A stretch of DNA of 64,000 nucleotides from IMG/VR virus record IMGVR_UViG_3300043399_000587, positions 60,790-124,789 of that record. One strand, 5' to 3'. This DNA comes from a virus. The translations under genes were made by a program, and so were the position numbers. Below, piece after piece: positions 9,974-19,290 of this stretch (position 1 is the stretch's first letter; each line of letters begins with the position of its first letter). The notes beneath the pieces were generated by a model, which was given only the letters and a program-made list of their open reading frames with translations, did not search any database and had not been told where the DNA came from.

Positions 9974-10840
9974 ATGTCAGAAGATAACCAAGAAAAAACT
10001 GTTCCAGTGGAACAATTACAAGAGATTGCTGAACAACAGCAACAACAAGCACAACCTGGCCAGGTGCAAGTAAATGTAGATTTTCTAAGAACCACACGTG
10101 TTCACATAGCAATGCCCTGTTATGGTGGTATGCTAACTGAATCTACCTTTATGAGTTTTATCAAATGGGCTAATACAGCAAGACAACTAGGTATCGATTG
10201 GACGTTGGAAACAATGGTCAACGAAAGCTTGATTAGTAGGGCACGCAATACATTAACAGCTAAGTTTTTAGATATGCCCGATGCTACTCATTTGTTCTTT
10301 GTCGATGCTGATATTGGTTGGGAACCATGGCATTTATTGGTACTTATAAACCGTGATGTTGATGTTATCGGTGGACTTTATCCCATGAAGACTATGCCTA
10401 TTAAGTGGGTTGTTAACGGATTTGAAGGGGCAGAAGAAGGACCTGATGGATTACAAGAAGTAAGCAAAGCCGGTACAGGATTTTTGCTAATGAAAAAACA
10501 TGTCTTTCACAAATTGAACAGTCACCCTGCCGTGAAGCAGTATAAAAATGACATAGGACTTGATCCTAAATTTGACCAGTATTTGAAAACATATTTTGAC
10601 ACTGCAGTACGTCAAAATCGTTATTATTCAGAAGATTGGACCTTCTGTGAGAACTGGCGTGATCTAGGAGGAAAAATTTATGTTGATAAACGTGTTCTAC
10701 TACGTCACTCGGGAAGCTATGTATTCTGTATGGAGAATCAACAACATCTATTCAATACAATAGGACCCATGTACGTACAAGAAAGACGCAATCAAGGTTG
10801 CAAACTTCTTGACAAAGATGGCAACGAAGTAGCACAATAA
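9974..10840 (+). CDS. GT-A-like glycosyltransferase
   Basis: IAMPCYGG, SLISRARN, FVDADI (DxD), YSEDWTFC. Confidence 0.7.
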   Translation: MSEDNQEKTVPVEQLQEIAEQQQQQAQPGQVQVNVDFLRTTRVHIAMPCYGGMLTESTFMSFIKWANTARQLGIDWTLETMVNESLISRARNTLTAKFLDMPDATHLFFVDADIGWEPWHLLVLINRDVDVIGGLYPMKTMPIKWVVNGFEGAEEGPDGLQEVSKAGTGFLLMKKHVFHKLNSHPAVKQYKNDIGLDPKFDQYLKTYFDTAVRQNRYYSEDWTFCENWRDLGGKIYVDKRVLLRHSGSYVFCMENQQHLFNTIGPMYVQERRNQGCKLLDKDGNEVAQ

Positions 10841-10843
10841 ATC

Positions 10844-10864
10844 AGCCCCGCAAGGGGCTTTTTT
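10844..10864 (+). terminator. Rho-independent terminator
   Basis: AGCCCC-GCAA-GGGGCT plus T-run. Confidence 0.9.
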
Positions 10865-10878
10865 GTGATAAATAGATA

Positions 10879-12348
10879 ATGAACCTCAACGAGCTAGATA
10901 AATTTCGCCTAAGCGATGCATTAAAATTTCACGACGATTTAAACCCTAAGTTGTGGTTTAACAATCGTCTTCGACCTGAAGTAGCAAAACAACTCAAACG
11001 TATAGCAGAAGATTTTATTGAAGAATTAGGTGTTAATAGATTTGATGTGAAAGATTTAACTATTTCGGGGTCAAATGCTGCATATAGCTATACTCCACAT
11101 AGTGATTTAGATTTACATATTCTTATTGATATGGATTTATTGCCTAATAATGAAGTATACAGGGAATTATTCAATGCTAAAAAAATAATTTACAACGACA
11201 GTCACAACATAAAAATTCATGGTGTTCCTGTAGAATTATATGTACAAGATGTTAATGAACCTGTAATTAGTTTGGGCGAGTACAGTATATTACAAAACAA
11301 ATGGATTAAAGTTCCTAGTAAAAAGAAAGCCAACTTTGATCAAACTGCCACTAAAGCAAAGTACGACAAACTACATACATTGATCAAACACGCATTAAAG
11401 AGCAAAGATTTAAAAATTTTAAATAACGTCATCAACAAGATCAAACAGTATAGAAAAGCTGGATTAGATAAAGCAGGTGAGTTTGGTCCTGAAAATCTAG
11501 CGTATAAAATTTTACGTAATCAGGATTACATTACTAAACTGTATGATCTTCGGGATAAGTTGCATAGTGAAGAATTGACTATAGAAACAATGTACAAACA
11601 GCCGGGCAGTACTAAACTGTTAGACAAGCCTACACTGTCAGTTAGAGCATTAGCATTAAAGCACAATGTATCAGTTAAACACATTTTAGATCAATTAAAA
11701 CGTGGTATCAAAGTAGAAAATGAACATACCACATACGCACAAACTGCGCGTGAGATTGCATTAGACCATTTAGCAGAAGATCCCAACTACTACACTAAAT
11801 TAAAGAAAGCACAATTAGAAGAAGAAAAATATGATGAGTTACCTGAAAAGGTTTATCATGTAACGTTAGCAGATAATTTAGATAGTATAATGAGCAGAGG
11901 TTTAATACCTCAAATTGGTGATAGAGCTAGAAAAATCGAAGGCGAAAAGCCTGCAGTATATTGCTTCCCTGATAAGGTAAGTATGGAAGATGCTGTTATG
12001 AATTGGTTAGGTGATGAATACGATGAGGATGATCAACTAGCATTATTAGAAATTGATACTACAGGACTGAAAGGTCAAGTAACCGATGGTGCTCAGTACG
12101 AAGTAGCAATTACCGATAGTATCCCTGTAGATAATATACGTATATTATCCAGAGACTTAGCAACACCTATTACCGAATCGGCCTCAGGATATATTCCAAG
12201 CTACGCTGAACGCAATGATCCTAGATTTAAAACAGCACTAACAGTAGATATTAAACCTGACACAATGAAAAAGAATGCAAAAGCATTTGGTAATAAAATA
12301 AGTCGTGCAGGAATACCTCCAACATTGAGACCTAATGGGAAGTTCTGA
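10879..12348 (+). CDS. Multidomain protein: Pol-beta nucleotidyltransferase + DUF5661-like + ART-like domain
   Basis: GSNAAYSYTPHSDLDLH; EHT...EIALDHLAEDPNYYTKL; VYHVT...SIMSRGL...VYCF...YEVAI. Confidence 0.7.
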   Translation: MNLNELDKFRLSDALKFHDDLNPKLWFNNRLRPEVAKQLKRIAEDFIEELGVNRFDVKDLTISGSNAAYSYTPHSDLDLHILIDMDLLPNNEVYRELFNAKKIIYNDSHNIKIHGVPVELYVQDVNEPVISLGEYSILQNKWIKVPSKKKANFDQTATKAKYDKLHTLIKHALKSKDLKILNNVINKIKQYRKAGLDKAGEFGPENLAYKILRNQDYITKLYDLRDKLHSEELTIETMYKQPGSTKLLDKPTLSVRALALKHNVSVKHILDQLKRGIKVENEHTTYAQTAREIALDHLAEDPNYYTKLKKAQLEEEKYDELPEKVYHVTLADNLDSIMSRGLIPQIGDRARKIEGEKPAVYCFPDKVSMEDAVMNWLGDEYDEDDQLALLEIDTTGLKGQVTDGAQYEVAITDSIPVDNIRILSRDLATPITESASGYIPSYAERNDPRFKTALTVDIKPDTMKKNAKAFGNKISRAGIPPTLRPNGKF

Positions 12349-12393
12349 TAAACTAGTATTTTGATAAATACTATATTAATTCGGAATTATCCT

Positions 12394-13317
12394 ATGAAAA
12401 TCAATCAAATAATCATTAATGAAACTACGACCGCCGGCGCAGTAGCTACGGTTGCTAAACCAATGGGTGAAATGCAGACTAGAACCAAAGTTCGTGGTTT
12501 AGCGCCAGTAGATAAAGTCATGAAGGGTAAAGCTAAAAAACAAGGCCCATATGCAAATAGCTTAAGTGAAAGTAAAAATAAAGTTGAAGAGGCTAAACTA
12601 GATGAAGAAGATTTGATTGTTATTCCTGGTAAAGGGATAAAAAGAAAGACAGGTTTTATTCCGCATGGACAAAGTAGAGTTGATCACGAAGTTGAAATGG
12701 CTCGTAGTGATGTACTAGCAACTATGAAGAATGCCAAATCAATTTATCATATGTTAAAAGATCGTAGTGAAGAAGAAGGTATTGAAGGTTGGGTACAAGA
12801 AAAGTTAATCAAAGCAAATGACTATTTAAATTCTGTCAAAGAATATTATGATGAAAAGATGATGCGTGAAATGAATGGTGGTGTAATTGCTGCTGGTGGT
12901 GTAGGAGAAGGTGTGACGGAGAGCTACTTACCAGATGAATCAGAAATGAAAATTGTCTATAGAGCTAAAGCACCAAATGGCGATCAATGGGAAGTAAAAG
13001 AATATCAACGTGATTATCTAACATTCTTAAATGGTGAGCACATTAGTACGTATCACCATATGCCAGGTATGCTATACGGCGCCAAAGACCGCGCCATTGA
13101 AGTTGTTAGAAGAATGATAAAGATAGGTGTGGCGGAAGGCCAATTAAATGAAAAATTCAAAAGCCAACAACAAGCAAAATTAATGTATGCAGCAGCCGGA
13201 GATAAAGATGTTTCTAAAAAAACAGGTGTAAGTCAAAAAGTTGCCAAAGAATTCATTAAGAAAAGTCATGGACAAAAAGTCAGCAAATTACCTAAAAAAG
13301 TAAAAAAAGAGGGTTAA
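12394..13317 (+). CDS. Multidomain putative internal head protein
   Basis: MKINQIIINE leader; GVTE/GVAE linkers; TAAATA at 12365. Confidence 0.7.
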   Translation: MKINQIIINETTTAGAVATVAKPMGEMQTRTKVRGLAPVDKVMKGKAKKQGPYANSLSESKNKVEEAKLDEEDLIVIPGKGIKRKTGFIPHGQSRVDHEVEMARSDVLATMKNAKSIYHMLKDRSEEEGIEGWVQEKLIKANDYLNSVKEYYDEKMMREMNGGVIAAGGVGEGVTESYLPDESEMKIVYRAKAPNGDQWEVKEYQRDYLTFLNGEHISTYHHMPGMLYGAKDRAIEVVRRMIKIGVAEGQLNEKFKSQQQAKLMYAAAGDKDVSKKTGVSQKVAKEFIKKSHGQKVSKLPKKVKKEG

Positions 13318-13321
13318 TTAA

Positions 13322-14881
13322 ATGAGTAATATCTTACGTGGATTAAAAGAAGGATTTGCTGATGAATTTATGAAAATGGCCCGAGAAAAGGGCTATAATG
13401 TTCGTCAAGCAGGGACTATTGATCAAGAACGTGAACGAACACAACAAATGTTGGCTCAACGCGCTAAAGATAGAGAACAACAAGAATTACAATCTTCACA
13501 AGAAGATTTTAAAATACTTGACCAATTAAAAGCTGAATATGAAAAATTGTCTAAACGCTATCAAGCGTTGGGTGGTAGTAATTGGCAATATGCTGATCGT
13601 GAACAAAATCTTACTGACAATGAACGCGAGGCAAGAAACATAGAACCGCAGTTGCGTGCATTAGCAGCAAGAATTGCTAAAGCAGAAAAAACACAAGGTA
13701 GTGTTGCATTTGAGTCAAATAATTACACTGGTTCGGGTGCGATTTTAAAGGGTTTAATTGAATCTAAAAATTTGGATGAAGACCTACGTAAATGGTTTAA
13801 AGAAAAATGGGTAAGATTCGGTCCAGACGGTAAGATTCGCGGTGCATGTGCTAGGGGAGACGACAGTGAAGGTAAGCCAAAATGCTTGCCACAAAGCAAA
13901 GCACATAGTCTAGGCAAGAAGGGTCGTGCTAGTGCAGCAGCACGTAAGCGCAGAGAAGATCCTAACCCAGAACGTAGTGGCAAGGCTATTAATGTTAACA
14001 CTAAAAAAAAGTCAAATGAAGGAGTGACGGAAGGCTTTCTCGATAAGTTCATCAAGCCCAAAAAAGTCAAGCCCGAAATGATAATGAACATTAAAAAGGG
14101 AAATGGAGAACTGTATGTCGAAGTTTATATGGGTGAAGATTCAACATATTGGATAGCAAGATTTACATTTGATATGATCGGTGACACCTTAAAAGCCCAG
14201 GATATATCTGTGACAGATGAATATAGAGGTCGTGGAATTGCTAAATGGGTATATGATACACTAAAAAACAAAGGATATACTATCAACCGCAGCCCTTATC
14301 AAACAGATGACGGCAAGCATTTTTGGGATAAAAACAAAGGCGCAAATGCAAAAGTATGGGAACAAGGTGTGTCGGAAGAACAAATAAATGAATTAAAATG
14401 CTGGTCTGGATATACAAGAGTTCAAGGTGTTCCTGCAGGTGCTCCAGGTAGTTGCAAAAAGAAAACTAATGAGGAACATAATGAAAAATGCCCACATTGT
14501 GGCGGTCCTATGTTTAGTGAAATGTTGATGATGGAAAAGAAAGACGCTTGCTACTATAAAGTAAAGAGTCGTTATAAAGTTTGGCCTTCAGCATATGCCA
14601 GTGGTGCATTAGTTAAGTGTCGCAAAAAGGGTGCTAAGAATTGGGGCACAAAGAGTGAAAGTGTGGAAGAAGCAGCCAATCCAGCACAACAAGCAGCAAT
14701 TGCTATTGCCATGAAAAAGGCAGGCAAAAAACCAAAGCGCGAAAGTGCTATAATGAAAGGTCTCGTAGACGAAACATTGGGTACTCCTTACCCAGGAACA
14801 TACGAACAAGAAACTGCAACGATTAAGCGCAAGGGTCCAGAAAGAATCACAGCAATGACCTACGAATCAAAGAAGAAATAA
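13322..14881 (+). CDS. Multidomain putative internal head protein with GNAT and DUF5872-like domains
   Basis: LRKWFKEKWV; V.DEYRGRGIA...QTDDGKHFW (GNAT); KVWPSAYASG; CPHCG. Confidence 0.7.
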   Translation: MSNILRGLKEGFADEFMKMAREKGYNVRQAGTIDQERERTQQMLAQRAKDREQQELQSSQEDFKILDQLKAEYEKLSKRYQALGGSNWQYADREQNLTDNEREARNIEPQLRALAARIAKAEKTQGSVAFESNNYTGSGAILKGLIESKNLDEDLRKWFKEKWVRFGPDGKIRGACARGDDSEGKPKCLPQSKAHSLGKKGRASAAARKRREDPNPERSGKAINVNTKKKSNEGVTEGFLDKFIKPKKVKPEMIMNIKKGNGELYVEVYMGEDSTYWIARFTFDMIGDTLKAQDISVTDEYRGRGIAKWVYDTLKNKGYTINRSPYQTDDGKHFWDKNKGANAKVWEQGVSEEQINELKCWSGYTRVQGVPAGAPGSCKKKTNEEHNEKCPHCGGPMFSEMLMMEKKDACYYKVKSRYKVWPSAYASGALVKCRKKGAKNWGTKSESVEEAANPAQQAAIAIAMKKAGKKPKRESAIMKGLVDETLGTPYPGTYEQETATIKRKGPERITAMTYESKKK

Positions 14882-14890
14882 GGATATATA

Positions 14891-15334
14891 ATGTTAGCAG
14901 ACGCACTTAAAACACTATTAGCAACGAGTTATGCTTTTGTCATTAAAACACAAAACTTTCATTGGAATGTTGAAGGTCCTGACTTTCCACAATATCATGA
15001 ATTCTTGGGTAAGATATACGAAGAAGTATACGATAATGCAATAGACCAAACTGCTGAATTAATACGTCAGTTAGGTAGTTATACACCTGGCTCTATTACA
15101 CGATTTGCTGAACTAAGTCAAATACCAGATCAAACAAAAATCCCACGTGCTGAATTAATGATTGCAGAATTAGAACAGGATAATGCGAAATTATTGGCAA
15201 TGTGGAAAGAGTCCTTTCATATTGCTGAAGAAGCAGATGAACAAGGTATAGCTGATTTTATTGCTAGTAGAATTGATGCACATGGAAAACATGGATGGAT
15301 GCTACGCAGCATACTTAACAAAAGTCGTGCATAA
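14891..15334 (+). CDS. dps: Dps/ferritin-like protein
   Basis: NFHWNVEGPDFPQYH, D..AE, H.KH.WML. Confidence 0.9.
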   Translation: MLADALKTLLATSYAFVIKTQNFHWNVEGPDFPQYHEFLGKIYEEVYDNAIDQTAELIRQLGSYTPGSITRFAELSQIPDQTKIPRAELMIAELEQDNAKLLAMWKESFHIAEEADEQGIADFIASRIDAHGKHGWMLRSILNKSRA

Positions 15335-15344
15335 AGGATAATTT

Positions 15345-16007
15345 ATGAAGATAGTTGAGTTATTGAACGAAGCATACGTAGATCCTGAAATAGATACTAT
15401 TTTGAAAAAAAAGGGCTATCAATTTTTAGGCAAAGGAACGGATCAGTATGTGTATGCAGAGCCCAATACAGGTTTAGTATTGAAAATATTTGGCACTTCC
15501 AAAGGAACCAGCGGTAGTGCATCTGATTTAACCAATGCACAAAAAAGCTTCAAGACATTCTATGACGCAATTAAAGCGGATCCCGATAATGAGTTTCTCC
15601 CTAACATATTTGGGTACGCTCCTTTTATGTTTAAAGGTAAACCATATTTACAAATACGCATGGAGAGATTGTTGCCATTTACTGGACCAGACGTAGATGA
15701 GTGGAATTATGTATTAGCTGATTTTGCAACTGAGGCAGAAGATGCTACTTATAATTCCGGAAAAGAATTTGTAAACTCATTAGAGAAAAAACTCAATAAA
15801 GAAAATGACAGACATATACAACAGTTAGCAATACTTCTAGGAAGAAAAGGGTTAGAAAAGTTATTTGATACTATTCTCATGTTAAATCGTATTGCTAAGA
15901 AAAATAATTATGTATTAGATTTACATGATGGTAATTTTATGCTAGGAAGTGATGGAACACCTGTCATTAGTGATCCTTTCTTTATGGGTTGGGGAAAAAG
16001 TACATAA
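15345..16007 (+). CDS. Protein kinase-like fold protein
   Basis: LGKG, VLKIF, MERL, DLHDGNFM, ISDPF. Confidence 0.8.
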   Translation: MKIVELLNEAYVDPEIDTILKKKGYQFLGKGTDQYVYAEPNTGLVLKIFGTSKGTSGSASDLTNAQKSFKTFYDAIKADPDNEFLPNIFGYAPFMFKGKPYLQIRMERLLPFTGPDVDEWNYVLADFATEAEDATYNSGKEFVNSLEKKLNKENDRHIQQLAILLGRKGLEKLFDTILMLNRIAKKNNYVLDLHDGNFMLGSDGTPVISDPFFMGWGKST

Positions 16008-16915
16008 TGAGAGCCCTTGAATTTATTACCGAAAATAAAAATATTACCATAGAAAATCTTTATGGCGGTAATTATCCTGAACTTGATGAGATGGCATTAT
16101 CAACGTACAAAACGTTTGGGGATTTTACCAAGCCCGGTCCATTTACCGGTGTTGACAAACGACTTGTACCACACCCAAAAAATATACAAAAGGCAACTAA
16201 GTTCTTTGAACAAACACCATACGACTTTAGACTTTTCTTTGCTAATATCAGTGGACTAGGCAAATATCGTGAAACTGGGCCCGTCAGACCCATGACGTTG
16301 CGACAAATGTTCAATAAAGAACAAGCTGATGAAATTATCAATGGCAGTGAAGATGCTATTACTGTAATCTATGTAAGCAATGTAGGTGATCGTAAAGTTA
16401 TGATGACACCATGGATTATGGCACACCGTTTTGGACATGCAATACAGGCTGGTGCAAGAAAGGATGGTGCATGGAATGCGTGGACTGAAGTAGAACAACA
16501 TTTCTTCAGTCAAATAAATCAAATACTAGCTGAATACTATGGTTTAACAAGAGCAACTGATTTGTATTCTGACCGTTCAACTAATTGGAATGTCAGCAGA
16601 GAATATAGTGCGTTATTCAATGCTATCGGTACTCAACGTAGTAGCAGAGAACGTCAAATTAATAGACCATATGAATTCATGTACGAAATGTTTGCTCAAT
16701 ATTTGAAGACTGGAACAGTGACACTAAATCCACTACCAAATTCAATACCTTATGGTAAAATGGTATTTGGTCGTCCAAGTCAATACTTAACACTAAAACC
16801 AGAAGTTAGAAATGACCCAAACACAAAGTATATTACTGATACGTTAGGCAACGATATGGCTATATTGTTCGGTGATGTTTTATCTAGTGCTGTCGGCAAT
16901 ATTTATGTGATGTAA
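16007..16915 (+). CDS. Hypothetical head-targeted protein with zincin-like motif variant
   Basis: MRALEFITE leader; AHRFGHA and later EMFAQY. Confidence 0.65.
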   Translation: MRALEFITENKNITIENLYGGNYPELDEMALSTYKTFGDFTKPGPFTGVDKRLVPHPKNIQKATKFFEQTPYDFRLFFANISGLGKYRETGPVRPMTLRQMFNKEQADEIINGSEDAITVIYVSNVGDRKVMMTPWIMAHRFGHAIQAGARKDGAWNAWTEVEQHFFSQINQILAEYYGLTRATDLYSDRSTNWNVSREYSALFNAIGTQRSSRERQINRPYEFMYEMFAQYLKTGTVTLNPLPNSIPYGKMVFGRPSQYLTLKPEVRNDPNTKYITDTLGNDMAILFGDVLSSAVGNIYVM

Positions 16916-16919
16916 TACC

Positions 16920-17534
16920 ATGTTAATAAAAGAAATAACCGATCCGCATGAACTGAATAAATTAGACGTTGAACCCGATGATCTAAGACATAATTTGTAT
17001 AAACCTGCTCTACGGCGATATAGTTGGGATTCCAAACAAATTTCTAATTTATTACATCGAATGTATAAAAAACAACCATTTGATCCGGCAAATTTAAATT
17101 ATTTTAAAGACGATATACTGATGTTAGATGATATTATGTTTAACCATCTAATCAAACAAAACATAACGTTATATCATGGACTTAAAGAAAACCCAATACG
17201 TGTTTGGAAAAAATATAATGTGCCTGCAAATAAGTCAGTGCGTGTGCATTTTCCCGGTTTTATTAGTACAACTGATGACTTCGATGTTACACGTTATTTT
17301 GCTGAGCCTGATCTTGATCAGCGTAATATTCTAGAAATTGATGTCCCTGCTGGGACTCCTGGTCTCAGTATAAAAAATCTCAGTACAATGCCTAAAGAAA
17401 ATGAAATTTTGTTGTCTAGAGGTTTGGATATTGAAATTCAACCAAACCCCACGCAAGTTCGTACTTTTTTAGGGTCGATAGTGCATGTGTGGAATGCTAA
17501 AGTCGTAGGAGTTAATCCTAGTGAAATACATTGA
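16920..17534 (+). CDS. VIP2/Alt-like ADP-ribosyltransferase
   Basis: LYHG, GFISTT, LEIDVPAG, ENEILL; H in place of the usual R. Confidence 0.8.
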   Translation: MLIKEITDPHELNKLDVEPDDLRHNLYKPALRRYSWDSKQISNLLHRMYKKQPFDPANLNYFKDDILMLDDIMFNHLIKQNITLYHGLKENPIRVWKKYNVPANKSVRVHFPGFISTTDDFDVTRYFAEPDLDQRNILEIDVPAGTPGLSIKNLSTMPKENEILLSRGLDIEIQPNPTQVRTFLGSIVHVWNAKVVGVNPSEIH

Positions 17535-17555
17535 AGACGTAGAGTAAATACTATA

Positions 17556-18674
17556 ATGAGAGCAACAGAATTCATAACAGAAGCAATATTAGATCCAAGT
17601 GGATGGGGAAACACACCTGACGGTACAGATATTGATTATTTTGGTCTGCGTGTTCAAATGCGTCCTAGTACTTTCTTAAAACTAGCATTACCACTTACAT
17701 CTTCAGTAACAAATCCTGAAGTTGCAAAACACATGAAAACAGGTGGCAAGATTGCATATCCAATGCTTGGTATTGAAATACCCGATGAGTGGCGTAAAGG
17801 AGACTTTAGTCAACCCGCTAAAGTAGTTGACCATGAAGGTAGAAATAGAATGAAAACTTGGATTGAATTAAAAGGTGATGATCCAATACAGGTTAATATA
17901 AAACCACGTGGCGGTCTGATAAGACGTAGAGATTTAACTGACGAATATATTAAAGCTATGAGTACTGGTCTTATTAGTCAACGTGGGAATTTAGTTCAAA
18001 ATCCGTTTGATGCAAGTACAACACTTGAAGAGGCAGAAATAAGAACACCAGCTAGTAAAGAAATTAGAACTTCTTTAAGAAGAAAAGGATATAAATTATT
18101 AGGAAGCGGAGTTGATGCCACAGTATGGGCTAAAAAAACAGGACCTGTAATTAAAATAATTATGCCTGAGGATCATAAAGGATCAGGAACAGCAGGTGAT
18201 ACCTTTATGAAATTTTATGAATTTTGTAGGGAAAATCAAAGTATAGATAATTTACCTAAATTTTCTAATAATGAAGTAGAATTGTTTACCGCAGACAATA
18301 AAGAATATGTAATGGTCACAATGGAAAGACTGTCTTCAATTCCATCTGGTAGTTTTCAAGAAGCAATGGTGTGGATACTAAGCGAGTTAGCAACAGAAAC
18401 TATGTCATGGACTAAAGCAATTACAGTTATAAAAGACCCAAATACGTGGTTATTATTCGATGATGGAATGGACCCAAAAGAAGTAATTAACACGTTTAAT
18501 AGTTTAGATAAAACATCACTATTAGAATATGAAATTCTATATAAACTCATGACATTGTTGTATCATAGAGGCAAAATAAATAAAATTGGTTGGGACTTGC
18601 ACACTGAAAATGCAATGATGCGAGGAAATACAATTGTCATAACCGATCCATGGTTTTCTATGGAAATACAATAA
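17556..18674 (+). CDS. Two-domain protein: ParB-like N-domain + kinase-like domain
   Basis: MRATEFITE leader; DHEGRNR; LLGSG, VIKI, MERL, DLHTEN, ITDPW. Confidence 0.7.
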   Translation: MRATEFITEAILDPSGWGNTPDGTDIDYFGLRVQMRPSTFLKLALPLTSSVTNPEVAKHMKTGGKIAYPMLGIEIPDEWRKGDFSQPAKVVDHEGRNRMKTWIELKGDDPIQVNIKPRGGLIRRRDLTDEYIKAMSTGLISQRGNLVQNPFDASTTLEEAEIRTPASKEIRTSLRRKGYKLLGSGVDATVWAKKTGPVIKIIMPEDHKGSGTAGDTFMKFYEFCRENQSIDNLPKFSNNEVELFTADNKEYVMVTMERLSSIPSGSFQEAMVWILSELATETMSWTKAITVIKDPNTWLLFDDGMDPKEVINTFNSLDKTSLLEYEILYKLMTLLYHRGKINKIGWDLHTENAMMRGNTIVITDPWFSMEIQ

Positions 18675-18723
18675 TGAAACATTTTTAACATCGTGAAAAA
18701 ATGAGTTATGTATTAAATAGCTT

Positions 18724-18817
18724 AAGAACACCCTTAGGACCCGTTTGAGTACGGAGGTGTAGCCGAGAACCCGGGCTTGAACAACAAATTCGCTACTTGT
18801 TGTTCTTAACAGGGTTC
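18724..18817 (+). ncRNA. Candidate structured RNA
   Basis: GC-rich intergenic stretch after TAAATA (18714); stems ACACC/GGTGT, CCGT/ACGG, GAACCC/GGGTTC, GAACAACAA/TTGTTGTTC. Confidence 0.6.
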
Positions 18818-18839
18818 ACTTTACATTTATCTTCGTGTC

Positions 18840-19274
18840 ATGAAAAAAATAATAACAGCAATATTAGTATTGATATCATTTGCTGCTTTTGCACAAAAAA
18901 AGCCTCATGGTGTTACATATGATGCACAAATATTAAGAGTTAGTGACGGTGATACAGTAGTCATATCAGCACCCTTTTTACCAAAACCATTAAAACCAGA
19001 ACTAGCTGTTAGAATATACGGCATTGATACTCCTGAAAAAGGATTCAGAGCTAAATGCTCAAGGGAAGATGCTAGAGGACAAGCCGCGAGTAAATTCACA
19101 AAAGATTTAGTAGCATCCAGCCAAAAGACTCAAGTGACATTATATGATTGGGATAAATTTGGTGGACGAGTTTTAGGCGACATTATTTTAAATGGTAAAA
19201 GCCTACGTGAAATGCTTATTGCTAACGGATATGCTAGAGCATATTTTGGAGAAGCAAAACAAAGTTGGTGTTAA
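18840..19274 (+). CDS. Thermonuclease (SNase-like) with signal peptide
   Basis: DGDTV, RIYGIDTPE, DKFGGRVLG. Confidence 0.9.
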   Translation: MKKIITAILVLISFAAFAQKKPHGVTYDAQILRVSDGDTVVISAPFLPKPLKPELAVRIYGIDTPEKGFRAKCSREDARGQAASKFTKDLVASSQKTQVTLYDWDKFGGRVLGDIILNGKSLREMLIANGYARAYFGEAKQSWC

Positions 19275-19290
19275 TAGATAAATAAATCAT

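Noticed and set aside
18724-18817. tRNA or hammerhead ribozyme
   Set aside because: No cloverleaf/T-loop and no CUGANGA...GAAA core; no tRNA gene recognised anywhere in the window.
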